A DNA stretch of 32,412 nt, taken from NCBI GenBank assembly GCA_032718475.1, contig JAUCBJ010005879.1, forward strand, positions 1 through 32,412. The letters are read 5' to 3'. The position numbers and the translations under genes were made by a program. Source of the DNA: Nemertoderma westbladi. Its lineage: Eukaryota; Animalia; Xenacoelomorpha. Under the pieces are notes generated by a model. That model had not been told where the DNA came from. It searched no databases and saw only the letters and a program-made list of their open reading frames with translations. Shown in pieces: positions 10,208 to 21,383 of this stretch (position 1 is its first letter; each line of letters opens with the position of its first letter).

Positions 10208-13200
10208 ATGAGCATAGGAGAGCCCCGATTATCTGAGGGAGAGAGAACGCTTCCACGGACCCCGGACGATATCAATCAAACGATCCGTGAGGCCGCGACG
10301 AGACGGAATCGGCCAGCGACGCCGGATTCGCCGACGAGGGACGATCCGGTAGCTGAAGCGGAGGGCGGCCGTCAACCACGAGGGAGGGACGAGTTGACGC
10401 ATGATGGCGGTCGGAGTACCAAAGTCGCCGGCCAGCCACAGGCCGAGGGCGATGGACGGCCCACCGGAACGGTGACGGTGGAGCCGCCGGTACGACAACG
10501 GACCAGGAGAGGTGGAGGAGTCGGTGAAGAGGACATCGGGACGAGTGATCAGCTACGACAGGCCTACAACGCCGCCAAGAAGCTGCTGAAGGAGGACAGA
10601 GAGGGAGGAAAGGTAGACCAGCCAAAGGCTTACACCAAAGGCTAGGTGAGTCGAATAAACATTTTCGATATTTAGTCCGTTTTGAACATGGAGAACTGGC
10701 GAGTGAGACAGCGAGGGGGGTCGCCACAGAACTGTTTGAACTGTGGCGATCCGGGGTTATGGAGCCTGAAGTAGTGTACGTAGGGCCATACTTAGTGGAT
10801 GCTAGGGGAATTAAGTTAGTGGGATGGGCGGATCCGCACGAGGGCGAACCTGAGGTTAACCCCGAGGATTCGGTCTCATCGGTTAGAGAGAACCTCAGAA
10901 AGCGGGGGAAAGTTAGTAGGACAGAGAGGCGACGGGAGTCCGTCGTGACCGATCAGTCCGCTACATCCTCCGCAAAAGCAAGAAGAGTGTTAGAGATAGA
11001 TCTGGCGTATGAACTAGACATAGTGGCGCTGGATCAGAAAGAGTTAGAGAGGCAGCTGGATGAGGGAACTGCGTTATTAGAGAAAGAGAGGGAGTTAGCG
11101 AGGGAGTGTAGAGAGAGGGCCGAGAGGGTGGCGAGGAATTGTAGAGAGCAAGAAGAGAGATAGACAAACGAGCGTAAAGAGCGAGAGGCGAAAGTAGAGA
11201 ATGAGCGTAAAGAGCGAGAAGCGAGGATAGAGAGAGAGGCAAATGAGCGTAGAGAGCGGGAGGCGAGGGAGGCAGAATTAGCGAATCAAAGTTTACGAGA
11301 GGATAGAGAGAGAGAGAGAGCGGGAAAGCATATGCGGGATGATATGCATGCCCGGTTAAGGGGGCTTATGCAATACCAGGCAAAGCAAAAGCGCCGATTA
11401 GAACTGGCATAGTTGGGATTATCTGAGAGTGAGGCCGGTTCAGGTAGTATTTATGAGGAGCCCGAAGTAATGGAAACGTTTGTTAATACCCCACTTATAG
11501 GCACCGGATGACAGACCCAGGACTGGTGTAGCCATACGGGCGGGGGGAGGGGGGGGGGGGGGGGTAATAATAATACTTTGGAAGACATTAATATTAATAG
11601 TACCGTATTGGACAACCCTAATCAAACTTTCGTTGCAGGAAATAATGTTTTACCCAGTAATAATAACTTTAAAATGTACAAAATAATCCAAATAATAATT
11701 TAAATCCAAATATACAAAGTAATACAAATAATCCTAACTTAAATATACAAAGTAATTCAAATAATTCTAATTTAAATATGCAGAATATTCTAAATAATAA
11801 TCCTGATTCAGAACAAAATAATTTAAATAATTTAGATGATAATATTGTTGGTAACGGTGCTATTAATACGAACGCAGGAAACATAGGTGGTCCGACCAGC
11901 GAGAGCATGCAAGTTAGTTCACAGGGAGTAGCGGGGGTGAGTCACCCCGACGGGAGCCTGCAAGGCCACGTAGTTAGGCAGGGAGCAACGGGGGTGAGTC
12001 ACCCCGACGGGAGCCTGCAAGGCCACGCAGTAGTAGAGGGAGAGGCGGGGGTGAATAGACCCAGCCACAGTAGAGACAACGCGTCGACTAGAGAGGGGCG
12101 TAGAAGCGAAGTAGGAGGTAGTGAAATAATAGGTGGCGAGTGGGACGCGGCACCCAACGACTGAGAATAGTAGGGGGATTATGAATATCCCCAGCAGTAT
12201 CCAACCGGCTAGAGAGAGAGAGAGGTTGGCGCCATGAGCGGGCGAGCGACAAGACGTCGAGCCCAGTCGGAAGACGGAAGAAGAACAGTGGAGTTTAACC
12301 GGGAGGTCGAAGAGAGATCTCATGAGCAGGAACGCTACACTGAAGAGAGAAGAAGTGAAGAGAATAGAAGAAGCGTTGCTACGAGCAACCGGAGAGCGAG
12401 GACGGACAGCAAACCATCGGTAGTGGAGATGGAGTGAGAGAGTCAGTGGGGTCGAACTCCGGGAGATTGCCGTCACCCCGGAGAGACGCAGCCTGGCGAG
12501 ATATATCATACGCTGGGAGAGGGGTACAGGATGTACCGGTATGAGGACGAGAACAGGAGAGGGGATTGAAGAGAAACTTCCCGACGGGATGTAGCTGCCG
12601 ATCGAGATTACGGTAGTCGTGGGGAGGACTTCTTGGAATATTTGACAAGATTAAACTTTGGTCCGGAAGGACACAGGCAGACTGCAGGACATACTGTAGG
12701 CCTTAATGCACATACTATAGGCCATGCTGGGAGATATAGTGTAGGCAATAGGGTAGCGCGAACAACGGGATTAGATCCAGAAGTACATACCAGTAGGTAG
12801 GCAGGAAGTGGATAGGCCTATACCGGTACCTGCACAGTAGTATGACTATAATATGCAGTGACATAACATATACCCAGGGGAGGGGGGAGTTATTGCAGAT
12901 AGGTGTATGGGCCCCAATATATTAACATCAACCCTAGTACCAAACATAACACTGGTGGGGGGGGGGGGGGCAGGGTGACATTCCCCCCATTACAATATCA
13001 ACAATACACTCAACCGGGAATAAGAACATCGATCCCCCTGGACCAGAACAGGTCATGCGACACGGAGATATGGAGGGGCCGTTACCCCCAATGATATATC
13101 CGACGCAGAAAAAATCAACAGGCCCGACGGCGGACCGCACCCAACAGGAGAGTCTGTACAGCATCCCTCGAACCCATTGAAAGCACAGGCGATGGGAATG

Positions 13201-13910
13201 GCAACACTTATCAATGCGCTCAAGACCAGGATCGAGCTACCACCAGTTGAGCCATTTATATTCGACGGAAGCAGACCGGAAGAATACCTGCAATTCCGAC
13301 GCATGTACAGCAACGAAATCTTAACTAAGAACCTGATGCAGGCGGAGTGCCTAAAATATTTACAGGTATACACAGGAGGCCCAGCGTACGACATCGTGAG
13401 GCAGTATCAGGGCATATGGACAGGGAATATGGACACCCTGCCAAGATCATCCGGCAGACCTTGAGGGGAATAACAGTGGGTGGCCTCCAGGATAACCCTG
13501 TTAGTATAAAGACCTTCGCGAATAAGGTCGAGAAGGCGTTAATCGTGCTGAAGACGCTAGACACGCCATACGAACTCAACGCATCGAATAACATCACCAC
13601 GATAGCGCAGGCAATGCCAATCTGGCTATGGAATAAATGGAGGAAGATCGCCTTCTCCACCCGGGGGAAGAAAGGTGTGGAACCGGGCCTAGAGGAAATG
13701 TCGAACTTCCTCAATTACGAAGCGGAGTTGATCATGGACCAAGTCTATAGCGAGGATAGTCTGGGGAGGGTGCCAAAGAGCGAATATAACAGGCCGAAAC
13801 CAGAACATAATGCGGCGAATGCATTACCAAAGCTTAGACAATCGCTGCCATACGCGGCGACGCAGGGGACTGCTAGTCCACATATAGCCGGGGGTAGGGC
13901 CACACCATAA
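10208..13910 (+). pseudogene. gag: BEL/Pao gag (DUF1759-like core), many stops and frameshifts
   Basis: ATG at 10208, an E/R-rich coiled coil (~11020-11340), an Asn-rich tract, then LPPVEPFIFDGSRPEEYLQF...LKYLQVYTGGPAYDIV...REYGHP...MPIWLWNKW...LEEMSNFLNYEAE (13177-13910), typical of BEL gag. Confidence 0.85.
11929..12065 (+). repeat. 60-bp in-frame tandem repeat inside gag (2 copies plus a partial third)
   Basis: GGGGTGAGTCACCCCGACGGGAGCCTGCAAGGCCACG recurs 60 bp apart (GVSHPDGSLQGH x2). Each copy contains the palindrome GGGGTGA-G-TCACCCC. Confidence 0.85.
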
Positions 13911-13922
13911 TAATGATACATA

Positions 13923-14560
13923 CAACATAATGATGATGGGGTGATGATATCTCCACCTACTGGCTCCAGAAGTCGAGGAAATCCTGCCAAGTACCTAACT
14001 GATCTAGACTTTGCTGATGACTTAGGAGTACTCTCAGAATCACTAGAGGGAGCCCAACGGCTCCTCAGCTCATTAGAACATGCTGCTTCTAGTGATGGTC
14101 TTTTGATTAACTCCAGAAAGACCAAAACTTTTGACAGTTAACTTTGAAAGTCCTCAGCAAGTCTCTGATCGGATGAGCATAAGCTCAAAAGATGGTATGC
14201 TTGAGCATATGGATGACTTCTGTTACCTGGGATCATGGATCCGGAAGTCAGGTGAGGACCTTCGAATATGTAAGGGAAAGGCATGGGCAGCCTTGAATAG
14301 GCTTTCCAGGATTTGGAAGTCAACGAGAATTAATCGGAAACTTAAGGTCCAATTATTTAGAGCAGCAGTAGTTCCAGTACTCTTCTATGGGAGTCCATGC
14401 TGGGCTCTAACTGCTGAGGACACCAAATCTCTGGATGGCACATTCACAAGAATGTTACGACGGGTTCATTGTGTCAAGTACAATGCACACAATGTATAAT
14501 CTTGTACTTTGGCAGCCTCATGGAGTGAATAAGCATGGTGGACAGCCCACGACTTTCTTG
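13923..14560 (+). mobile_element. Non-LTR retrotransposon (RTE-like) RT C-terminal fragment inside element A
   Basis: LTDLDFADDLGVLSE...GLLINSRKTK, DFCYLGSWI, KAWAALNRLSRIWKS, KVQLFRAAVVPVLFYGSPCWAL, TRMLRRV and LWQPHG...GGQP. Confidence 0.85.
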
Positions 14561-14639
14561 AGACGCATCTTAACCCTATCCATACCGGGGTACTTTAGAC
14601 GCTCAAACTACCGGGGGGGGGGGGGGGGGGGACTTTTGT

Positions 14640-17600
14640 GGACGTAAATGGACAGGACCTACTACCTGCCACTTCATGTGGCTTTAGACCCAATATTGGT
14701 CTGCTATTGGTCAATATTAGAAGGGTAAACTGCGGATGGTGGTTGACGCATCGGCTAAAACCAATGGCAAGAGCCTAAACGACTATCTGCTGGAGAGCCC
14801 CAATATTTACAACTCGGGGATAGAGGTCTTGTTGAGATTTAGGAATGGGAGGCACGCCTTCACATGCGACATCGAAGGCATGTTCAACCAAGTCCGTGTG
14901 ACGGAAGAGGACAGCGACAGCCAGCGCTTCCTATGGTACAACGGCGACGAGGAACCGTCGGCGATACCGATGTACAAAATGGTGGTGCGGAACATGGGGG
15001 CCAAGTCGTCCTCATTTACGACGACCATGGCTGTTAGAGATACGGTAGAGGGGAAAGAGGGAAAGTACAGTGCCAGAGCGATCGACATGATTCGACACGG
15101 CTTCTATGTAGACGATGGGATGGAATCTGGAAATACGGTTGAAGAATTACTGGAGACAGGGCGCGAGGTTCGCAACATCCTGAAAGGATCCGGATTTAAC
15201 CTGACTAAGTTCCAATCCAGCTCAGAGGAGTTCATGAGAGCCATAGAAGACAGGTGGCCAGAGTCGACCATGGACAACCCCACAACAGCCAAGGGACATG
15301 ACATGGCGAACAAGAGAGTGGAGTCTCAGCAGAAGGCGCTGGGGATTGTGTGGAACCCGGAGACTGACGAGTTCATGTGTCATACATAGCAAGGTTATAC
15401 GATCCCTTAGGCCTAGCATCCCCATTGTTAGTCAAGGGGAGCAGATACTAAAGAAAGTATATAAGTTAAAGGACGAGTGGGATACGGAGGTCCCAGAAGA
15501 AATAAGCAAACAGTGGAGTAAGTTGACGGGGAGTTTAGAACAGATGGGGACGTTCAGCATGCCACCCATGTATTTTCCGGACAGGGACATGACGGATCTG
15601 GACCTACACATGTTCTCCGATGCATCATTGGAAGCATATGGAGCGGCACTCTCTCTACCTGGTACAGCGAAAGGGGGCTCATATGCCCAGACTTGCATTC
15701 AGTAAAGCAAAGTCGACACCACCAGATTCAGCATCAGTCCTGAAACTCGAGTTGACAGCTGCGAGATTAGGAGTAAGGGCCACAGCCTACTTGATGGACA
15801 CTATACCCAACATAGTGGAGACACACTACTGGACGGACTCCATGGTTGTGCTGGGCTGGCTGCATAACGAGAAGACGAGATACCCTATATTCGTCGCAAA
15901 TAGGGTAGATGAGATAAGGGCGACAACTGACTTGGAAAGGTGGCACTACTGCCCTACATGCGACAACCCAGCAGACTTGTTATCGAGGGGCGTGGCACGC
16001 CACACTTTCTCAAAGAAGGAAGTGTTGTGGCAGCACGGGCCACACTTCCTGAATTATAGATCGGCCTGGCCACCAATGAAGAAGGTGGACCCGGGCTCAG
16101 AGGAAAGAGCACCAGAAGAAGAGGGAGAAGATTCAGAAGGAGAAGAGATATATAGTCAGATGCTGAGGGAGGTCAAAGAGGTGCCACCGAAATCAGAAAA
16201 GCCATGCGACAACCCGATGGATAGGTTACTCAGCTACAGCTCCAGCTAGTATAAGACCAAGAAGTTGGTAGTGTACTGGAGGGCCTACGGGGATTTCCTC
16301 AAGAGAGTTGGCAAGGACGCCCAGAGGAAAACAAACATCGATCTGGAGGGAGCGGCCAAGGCCGTAATACGGTACGAGCAGAGAAAGAACTACGCCGACG
16401 AAGTGGATCGAGTTAGCAAGCAAAAACATCTTCGTCGGGACAGCGAGCTCAACACGCTGTCACCACAACTAAATGATGATGGGATTCTGGTGATGAACTC
16501 CAGAGTGTGAACAACAACAGCCCAATCATCCCACCAAAACCCGTAATCATTCCCAACAAATCGCCGGTAGTCCACCAGATCATTTGGGACTCCCACAAGT
16601 CGATATTACATGGAGGCACCAACCAGACCCACACAGAGATACGGAGGACTTTCTGGATCACGCAGCTAAGGAAGAAGGTGAAGGCGGTAGTGGGGCAGTG
16701 CCAGACCTGCCGACGGACAAGAAAGGAGGGGGCCGTACAGGAGATGGCGCCATTACCGGCCAGTAGGGTGAGACAGCACGACCTGCCATTCCCACACTGC
16801 GGTGTAGACATGTTCGGGCTGATTAAGGGGGGTGGTACACCATTTTCGGACAACTCTTCGATTTATCACTCTCAGCATTTCAAAATTTTTTGATTTTGGC
16901 TATAATTTGGAATATAGGTGCCTAAGATGCTATTCTACATGATAGGTTAGAAAAAAATTTTTTTTCGCTATTTAATATTAGTTAATACCAGTTAACAATA
17001 AAAAAAACTTGGTTGCTCTTAAAACCCTAAGGCTTTTACAGTTTTGAATCTAATCACGTGAAAGTTTTTTTATATGATAGATCAAAGATGGGGCAACATA
17101 ACTATCAGGCGAAATTTTGTGAAAATAATTCTGCGCCGCTAGGTGGCGCTGCAAATTTAGGCTAAATTTTTAGGTTTGTTATAAATAGTATTAAATTTTA
17201 TTAACAAATAATTTCGAAAAGTTGTCTGATACTTTTATGCAGGGTGGCTATCTAGACACCCACTGGAAGTTTCAGACTAATTGCTCAAAAATTGTAGAAG
17301 TTGTAGGGTTTTGAAGTTGACAATTTCATAAAAAAAATATTTGGAGATAATCTACCTTTCATTATACATAGTAATAGTAATTTCAATAGGAATCCCTAAA
17401 TAGAAATTGGTATAACTGGAAAACTAAATGAGCTATTAAATAGCGGTTTTCAGATTAGGAAACACCATTCAATGGTGCATTATAGTAGACCATAAAAAAA
17501 TTCGACATATTTTTGACCAAAATGGTGCACCCCCCCCCCCCCCCCCCCACCTTAAGATCAAGGTGATGCGACACACGGAGAAACGCTACGGCATCATCTT

Positions 17601-18441
17601 CGTATGCAACAACACGAGGGAGGTAGGAATAGAACTCGCACAGGATGCTACGGCATCGGCATTCATTAATGCCTTAGAGAGATTTAGAGACCGCAAAGGT
17701 GGAACAATCGCGGTGATTTATTCAGACAATGGGACCAACTTCGTGGGAGCGGAGAACGAGTTGGCAGAGGCCTTTGACATCCTAGAGGGAGACGATGTCA
17801 GGGCGGCAATGAGGAGGTGGCAGGTGAAATGGGAAAGGAGGACGCCGTATGTGCCACATACTTTAGGATGTGTCGAGAGGCTTGTGGGTAGTTCTAAATG
17901 TCTGATGACGAAATTGATGAACACCCACATGGTCACAGAGGACATACTAAGAACAGTGCTAGCTAAGTGTGAGGGAATCATTAATAGCAGACCGCTATAC
18001 CCGGAGAATGACGACCCGGAATCACTAGACGTGCTAACACCGGGTCACTTTCTGATGGAAAGGCTGGCGACCATCGACATGCGGGGTGTAGACCCAGATG
18101 ACATACACTCCCGACAGAGTTGGAAGGTCGCCAAGGCGATAAGCACCGAGTATTGGAGACGGTGGAGAAGGTGGGTAGAGGAATACCTCCCCACATTACA
18201 CAGGAGGAGTAAGTGGAGAAACACCACTAGGGAGTTGAAGAAGGGTGACTTGGTGATCGTCACTGACGACACAATCATCAATAACCATTGGAGGCTAGCG
18301 AGAGTGGTAGACACTTACCCCAACGAGGACGGAAGAGTCCGATCGGTGGAAGTGCGGATTGGAGGCAAGATAGGAGCAAAGGACAGGAAGATCTACAGGA
18401 GGGCTGTAGGGAAGTGCTGCCTATTAGAAGGGGCACCATAG
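14640..18441 (+). pseudogene. pol: BEL/Pao pol of element A: RT, RNase H, integrase and DUF5641-like tail; frameshifted and split by a MITE
   Basis: YYLPLHV...GKLRMVVDASAK, CDIEGMFNQV, FYVDD, YDPLGLASP, LHMFSDASLEAYGA, KLELTAA, YWTDSMVVLGW, NPADLLSRG, HKSILHGG...CQTC, CGVDMFG, YSDNGTNFVGA, GCVERLV, INSRPL, YLPTLHRRSKW, GRVRSVEVR. Confidence 0.95.
16827..17551. mobile_element. TTAA-flanked non-autonomous DNA transposon (Kolobok-like MITE, 725 bp)
   Basis: TTAA at 16823-16826 and 17552-17555; TIRs GGGGGGTGGTACACCATTTT / AAAATGGTGCACCCCC...CACC. Removing it restores the frame GLIKIKVMRHTEKRYGIIF. Purine-start termini with a TTAA TSD favour Kolobok over piggyBac (CCY start). Confidence 0.85.
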
Positions 18442-18597
18442 AGTTTAGTCGTCCAAGTGTTGGACTTAGGGGTGGGATTGAGGGCGAGACGCCCTTCCCA
18501 CACAAATATATAAAAAAAAATAATAAAAATAAAAGAAGTGAAATAAAGAAAGGGTTAGAAAGAGAAAGTAATAGTAGATAGTATGTAGTAGTAAGTA

Positions 18598-18962
18598 AGT
18601 AGGCAGATAGAGGTATAGGGAGTGTGGTATATAGGCATACCACGGGAGTAAGAGGGCACATAGTACCATTAGTAGGTAGATAGAGGCATAGGGAGTGTGG
18701 TATATAAGCATACCACGGGAGTAAGACGGTACATAGTACCGTTAGTAGGTAGTTAGAGGCATAGGGAGTGTGGTATATAGGCATACCACGGGAGTAAGAG
18801 GGTACATAGTACCGTTAGTAGGTAGTTAGAGGTATAGGGAGTGTGGTATATAGGCATACCACGGGAGTAAGAGGGTACATAGTACCGTTAGTAGGTAGTT
18901 AGAAGTATAGGGGGTGTGGTATATAAACATACCACAGGAGTAAGAGTGTACATAGTACCGTT
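18598..18962 (+). repeat. 73-bp tandem repeat x5 with two hairpins per unit
   Basis: GGGAGTGTGG (last copy GGGGGTGTGG) recurs at 18618, 18691, 18764, 18837 and 18910. Stems are GTGGTAT/ATACCAC and GGTAC/GTACC. Confidence 0.92.
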
Positions 18963-19140
18963 AGAGTTGGTGTTAGTAGAGTTAGTAGAGTTAGTAGAGT
19001 TAGTAGATTTAGAGGGTTAGTAGAGTTAGTAGAGTTAGTAGAGTTAGAGGGTTAGTAGAGTTAGAGGGTTAGTAGAGTTAGTAGAGTTAGCATAGTTAGT
19101 ATAGTTAGTAGAGTCAGCAGAGTTAGTAGAGTTAGTAGTA
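18963..19140 (+). repeat. 9-bp microsatellite (AGAGTTAGT)n, degenerate
   Basis: Directly visible; it abuts the accessory ORF. Confidence 0.92.
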
Positions 19141-19154
19141 AGAGAGTGGAGAGT

Positions 19155-21383
19155 ATGATATGTAAATATATCATAAGAGTAGTGGTGATAGGGACACGGG
19201 ACACCGTTGCAGACAACGCGATCCTCGAGCATTTCCACGACGTAGTGAAAGTAGACGAGGCAAAGTTCGGGATACCGAAGTATCCGAGGGAACCACCAAG
19301 AAAGGACTGGAGGAGGTTCGTAGAGTCCTTGAACAGGGGAGGATACATGGTCCTAGACGACGAAGGGACTGTGGAGGATGAAGAGGGTTTGAGAAGAGGG
19401 TCGGCGGGGTCGGCCAGAACCATACTACTGCATTTGGCTGCGCCAAATGGAGACATATTCCTATTCGATCTAGGAACGTATCGGAAGAAGAGCGGGCCGA
19501 AATTAAACCGGTTGCCATGGGCGGTGCAGAACCTAGTAAGGGAGAAGTCAACGATGAAGGTGGGATTGGCGATCCGCGACGATGCGGAGATGATCGTCAG
19601 ACCGGAGACCCCCAACCTCCTGGACATGCAAGCAGTCTACATGGCCATGACAGGGCCAGACGGGTTGGGATTGGTAGAGAAGACAGGACATTGCGGAGCA
19701 GTGGCGATGGGCCAGCTCATGGGGCTCATCTGCCACAAGCCGATGAAATGGGGTAAATTCAGGGAGGTGTATGGAGCGGAGCTGGCGAACTCGCTGAAGT
19801 GGGGAGTGAGGCCAGGGAAACAGGAGGTGTATCAGTTCTGGAGAGGAGCGATAAAGATATATCAGAAGCGATATATCCTACAGGAGGATTGGATAATGAT
19901 AGGTTTGCTAAACCTATTCATGGCCGTGGTTATCGGAAGAGAGCCAACGTCGTTTCTGCTAGCAGGATCACCCCTGAACTACAGAAGAACCTTCAAGGTG
20001 CACTTCGAAGGTCTGGCAGACCACCCGGGGCTGAAGGGCGAGTCAGTATACTACAACTGCCGGCATCTAGTAGACAGGGAGGTGGATACACCATATCAGA
20101 GGTGGGAGAAGCTGGAGGCGGATAGACTGGAGGAGAAGCGACTGGAAGAAGTCACCAGATGAGAAAGGAGGGAGGCAGATGAAAGAGAGGCGGAAGCTAG
20201 AGGAGAGGACTACGGATTTGAGGCCCAGAACTTGGACGAGCTACGGTGGGGATCAGGGTTCTTGGGCAAGTTTCTGGGGGAGGAGCTAGGATGGATGGAA
20301 GAATCGCCGAAACAGTCGACATCAGGATTGCAAGCGATGCCCATGCCAGCGGGCTCTGAGGGCGATTTCGCGAGGAAGAGACCGAGAGAACTGGAAGGAT
20401 GGCAAGTTACGGGCAAAAGCCAAGGTGGGAAGGGACACAGTGGGCCTGCCGGGATACCGGGTCTGGATCCACTCCCAGCAGGGGATGAGGATGACGACGA
20501 GTTCGGGGAGATGCCGCCCATCGAGAGGATCGGCCACTCAGACATGGACTGGGTTGGCGAGAGGTTGGTGACGGCCAGTGGGGCGAGGGCCTTCTGGGAT
20601 AAACCCGGCAAGCGGACCTGGGTGCACGAGGAGCCGGCGATGGATTTCGCGGGGAGCACCATCAGGTTGGGTGAGCAACCGGGAACGGCACCACGGGTAG
20701 TGTTTGGAGAGACGATGCCGAGGCGAGACAAGGACGTAGACATTGACAGAGACGTTAACGTCCAGAAGTTTGCTTACCCACGGCTCCATAGACCTAGGAG
20801 ACCGCTTGGGGCAAAAGATAACTTGGGGCGGGATGTGTTGATGCACGGCTGCGATTACTGCGGGAGGCTTACTCACCAGGAAAAGAGCTGTTTGTATCGA
20901 TTCCAGAAGGGGACGAGTTGCCTCTACTGCCGCGAGTCGAGTCATAGGATGGGGGCGTGTCCGAGGTTGCACAACCGCTGCTCTAAGTGTAACTTTAGAG
21001 GGCACTACGGGCGCAAGTGCGACTGGATGGACGACGAGGAGAAGTTAAAGATCTTCGAGGAGTGGGCCGACGTCGGCATTATGACGTGACAGAGAATGAA
21101 GGCCCAGGAGTTCCGGTGGGGTTTGTTCAACATCAATCAGGAGGCCCATCTGGAAATTATTAAGAGGAGACTTCCGTTTACATGCCAAGAGGTAGCGACA
21201 GCGGCATCATATGTTGGGGTCATCAACACGAAGAGGTATTTGGATAGATGGGCGCCGGAGAACAGAGGAGAGTTTAGAGATTTCCTGGCGGAGCACGTGC
21301 CGCGAACCATGAAGATGATCTTGTGGGACACTACTAGGGGGAAGCAGGAGGGGCATTCGGAAGGGCCACCTCCAAAGCGTTAG
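19155..21383 (+). pseudogene. Element A accessory ORF (~740 codons, two in-frame TGA): DEDDy 3'-5' exonuclease-like domain plus 3 CCHC zinc knuckles
   Basis: ORFs 19146-20162, 20232-21089 and 21096-21383 share one frame. ExoI MVLDDEG (19356), ILLHLAAPNGDIFLFDL, ExoII LPWAVQNLVREKSTMKVGLAIRDD (19581), LLDMQ, ExoIII QKRYILQED (19872). Knuckles CDYCGRLTHQEKSC, CLYCRESSHRMGAC, CSKCNFRGHYGRKC (20850-21020). Confidence 0.8.

Noticed and set aside
20850-21020. The three knuckles as displaced BEL gag zinc fingers
   Set aside because: All three are CX2CX4HX4C, whereas BEL gag typically ends with a CCHH-type finger. They are in frame with the nuclease and conserved in the same context in element B.
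20160-21089. In-frame TGA codons as programmed readthrough or selenocysteine
   Set aside because: Comparable TGAs at 24162 and 28533 fall where Arg is expected (RP motifs). That fits CGA>TGA CpG decay in elements that also carry many other stops and frameshifts.
19155-21383. Accessory ORF as an envelope gene
   Set aside because: No signal peptide, furin site with fusion peptide, or C-terminal transmembrane anchor is evident; the motifs are nuclease and knuckle type.
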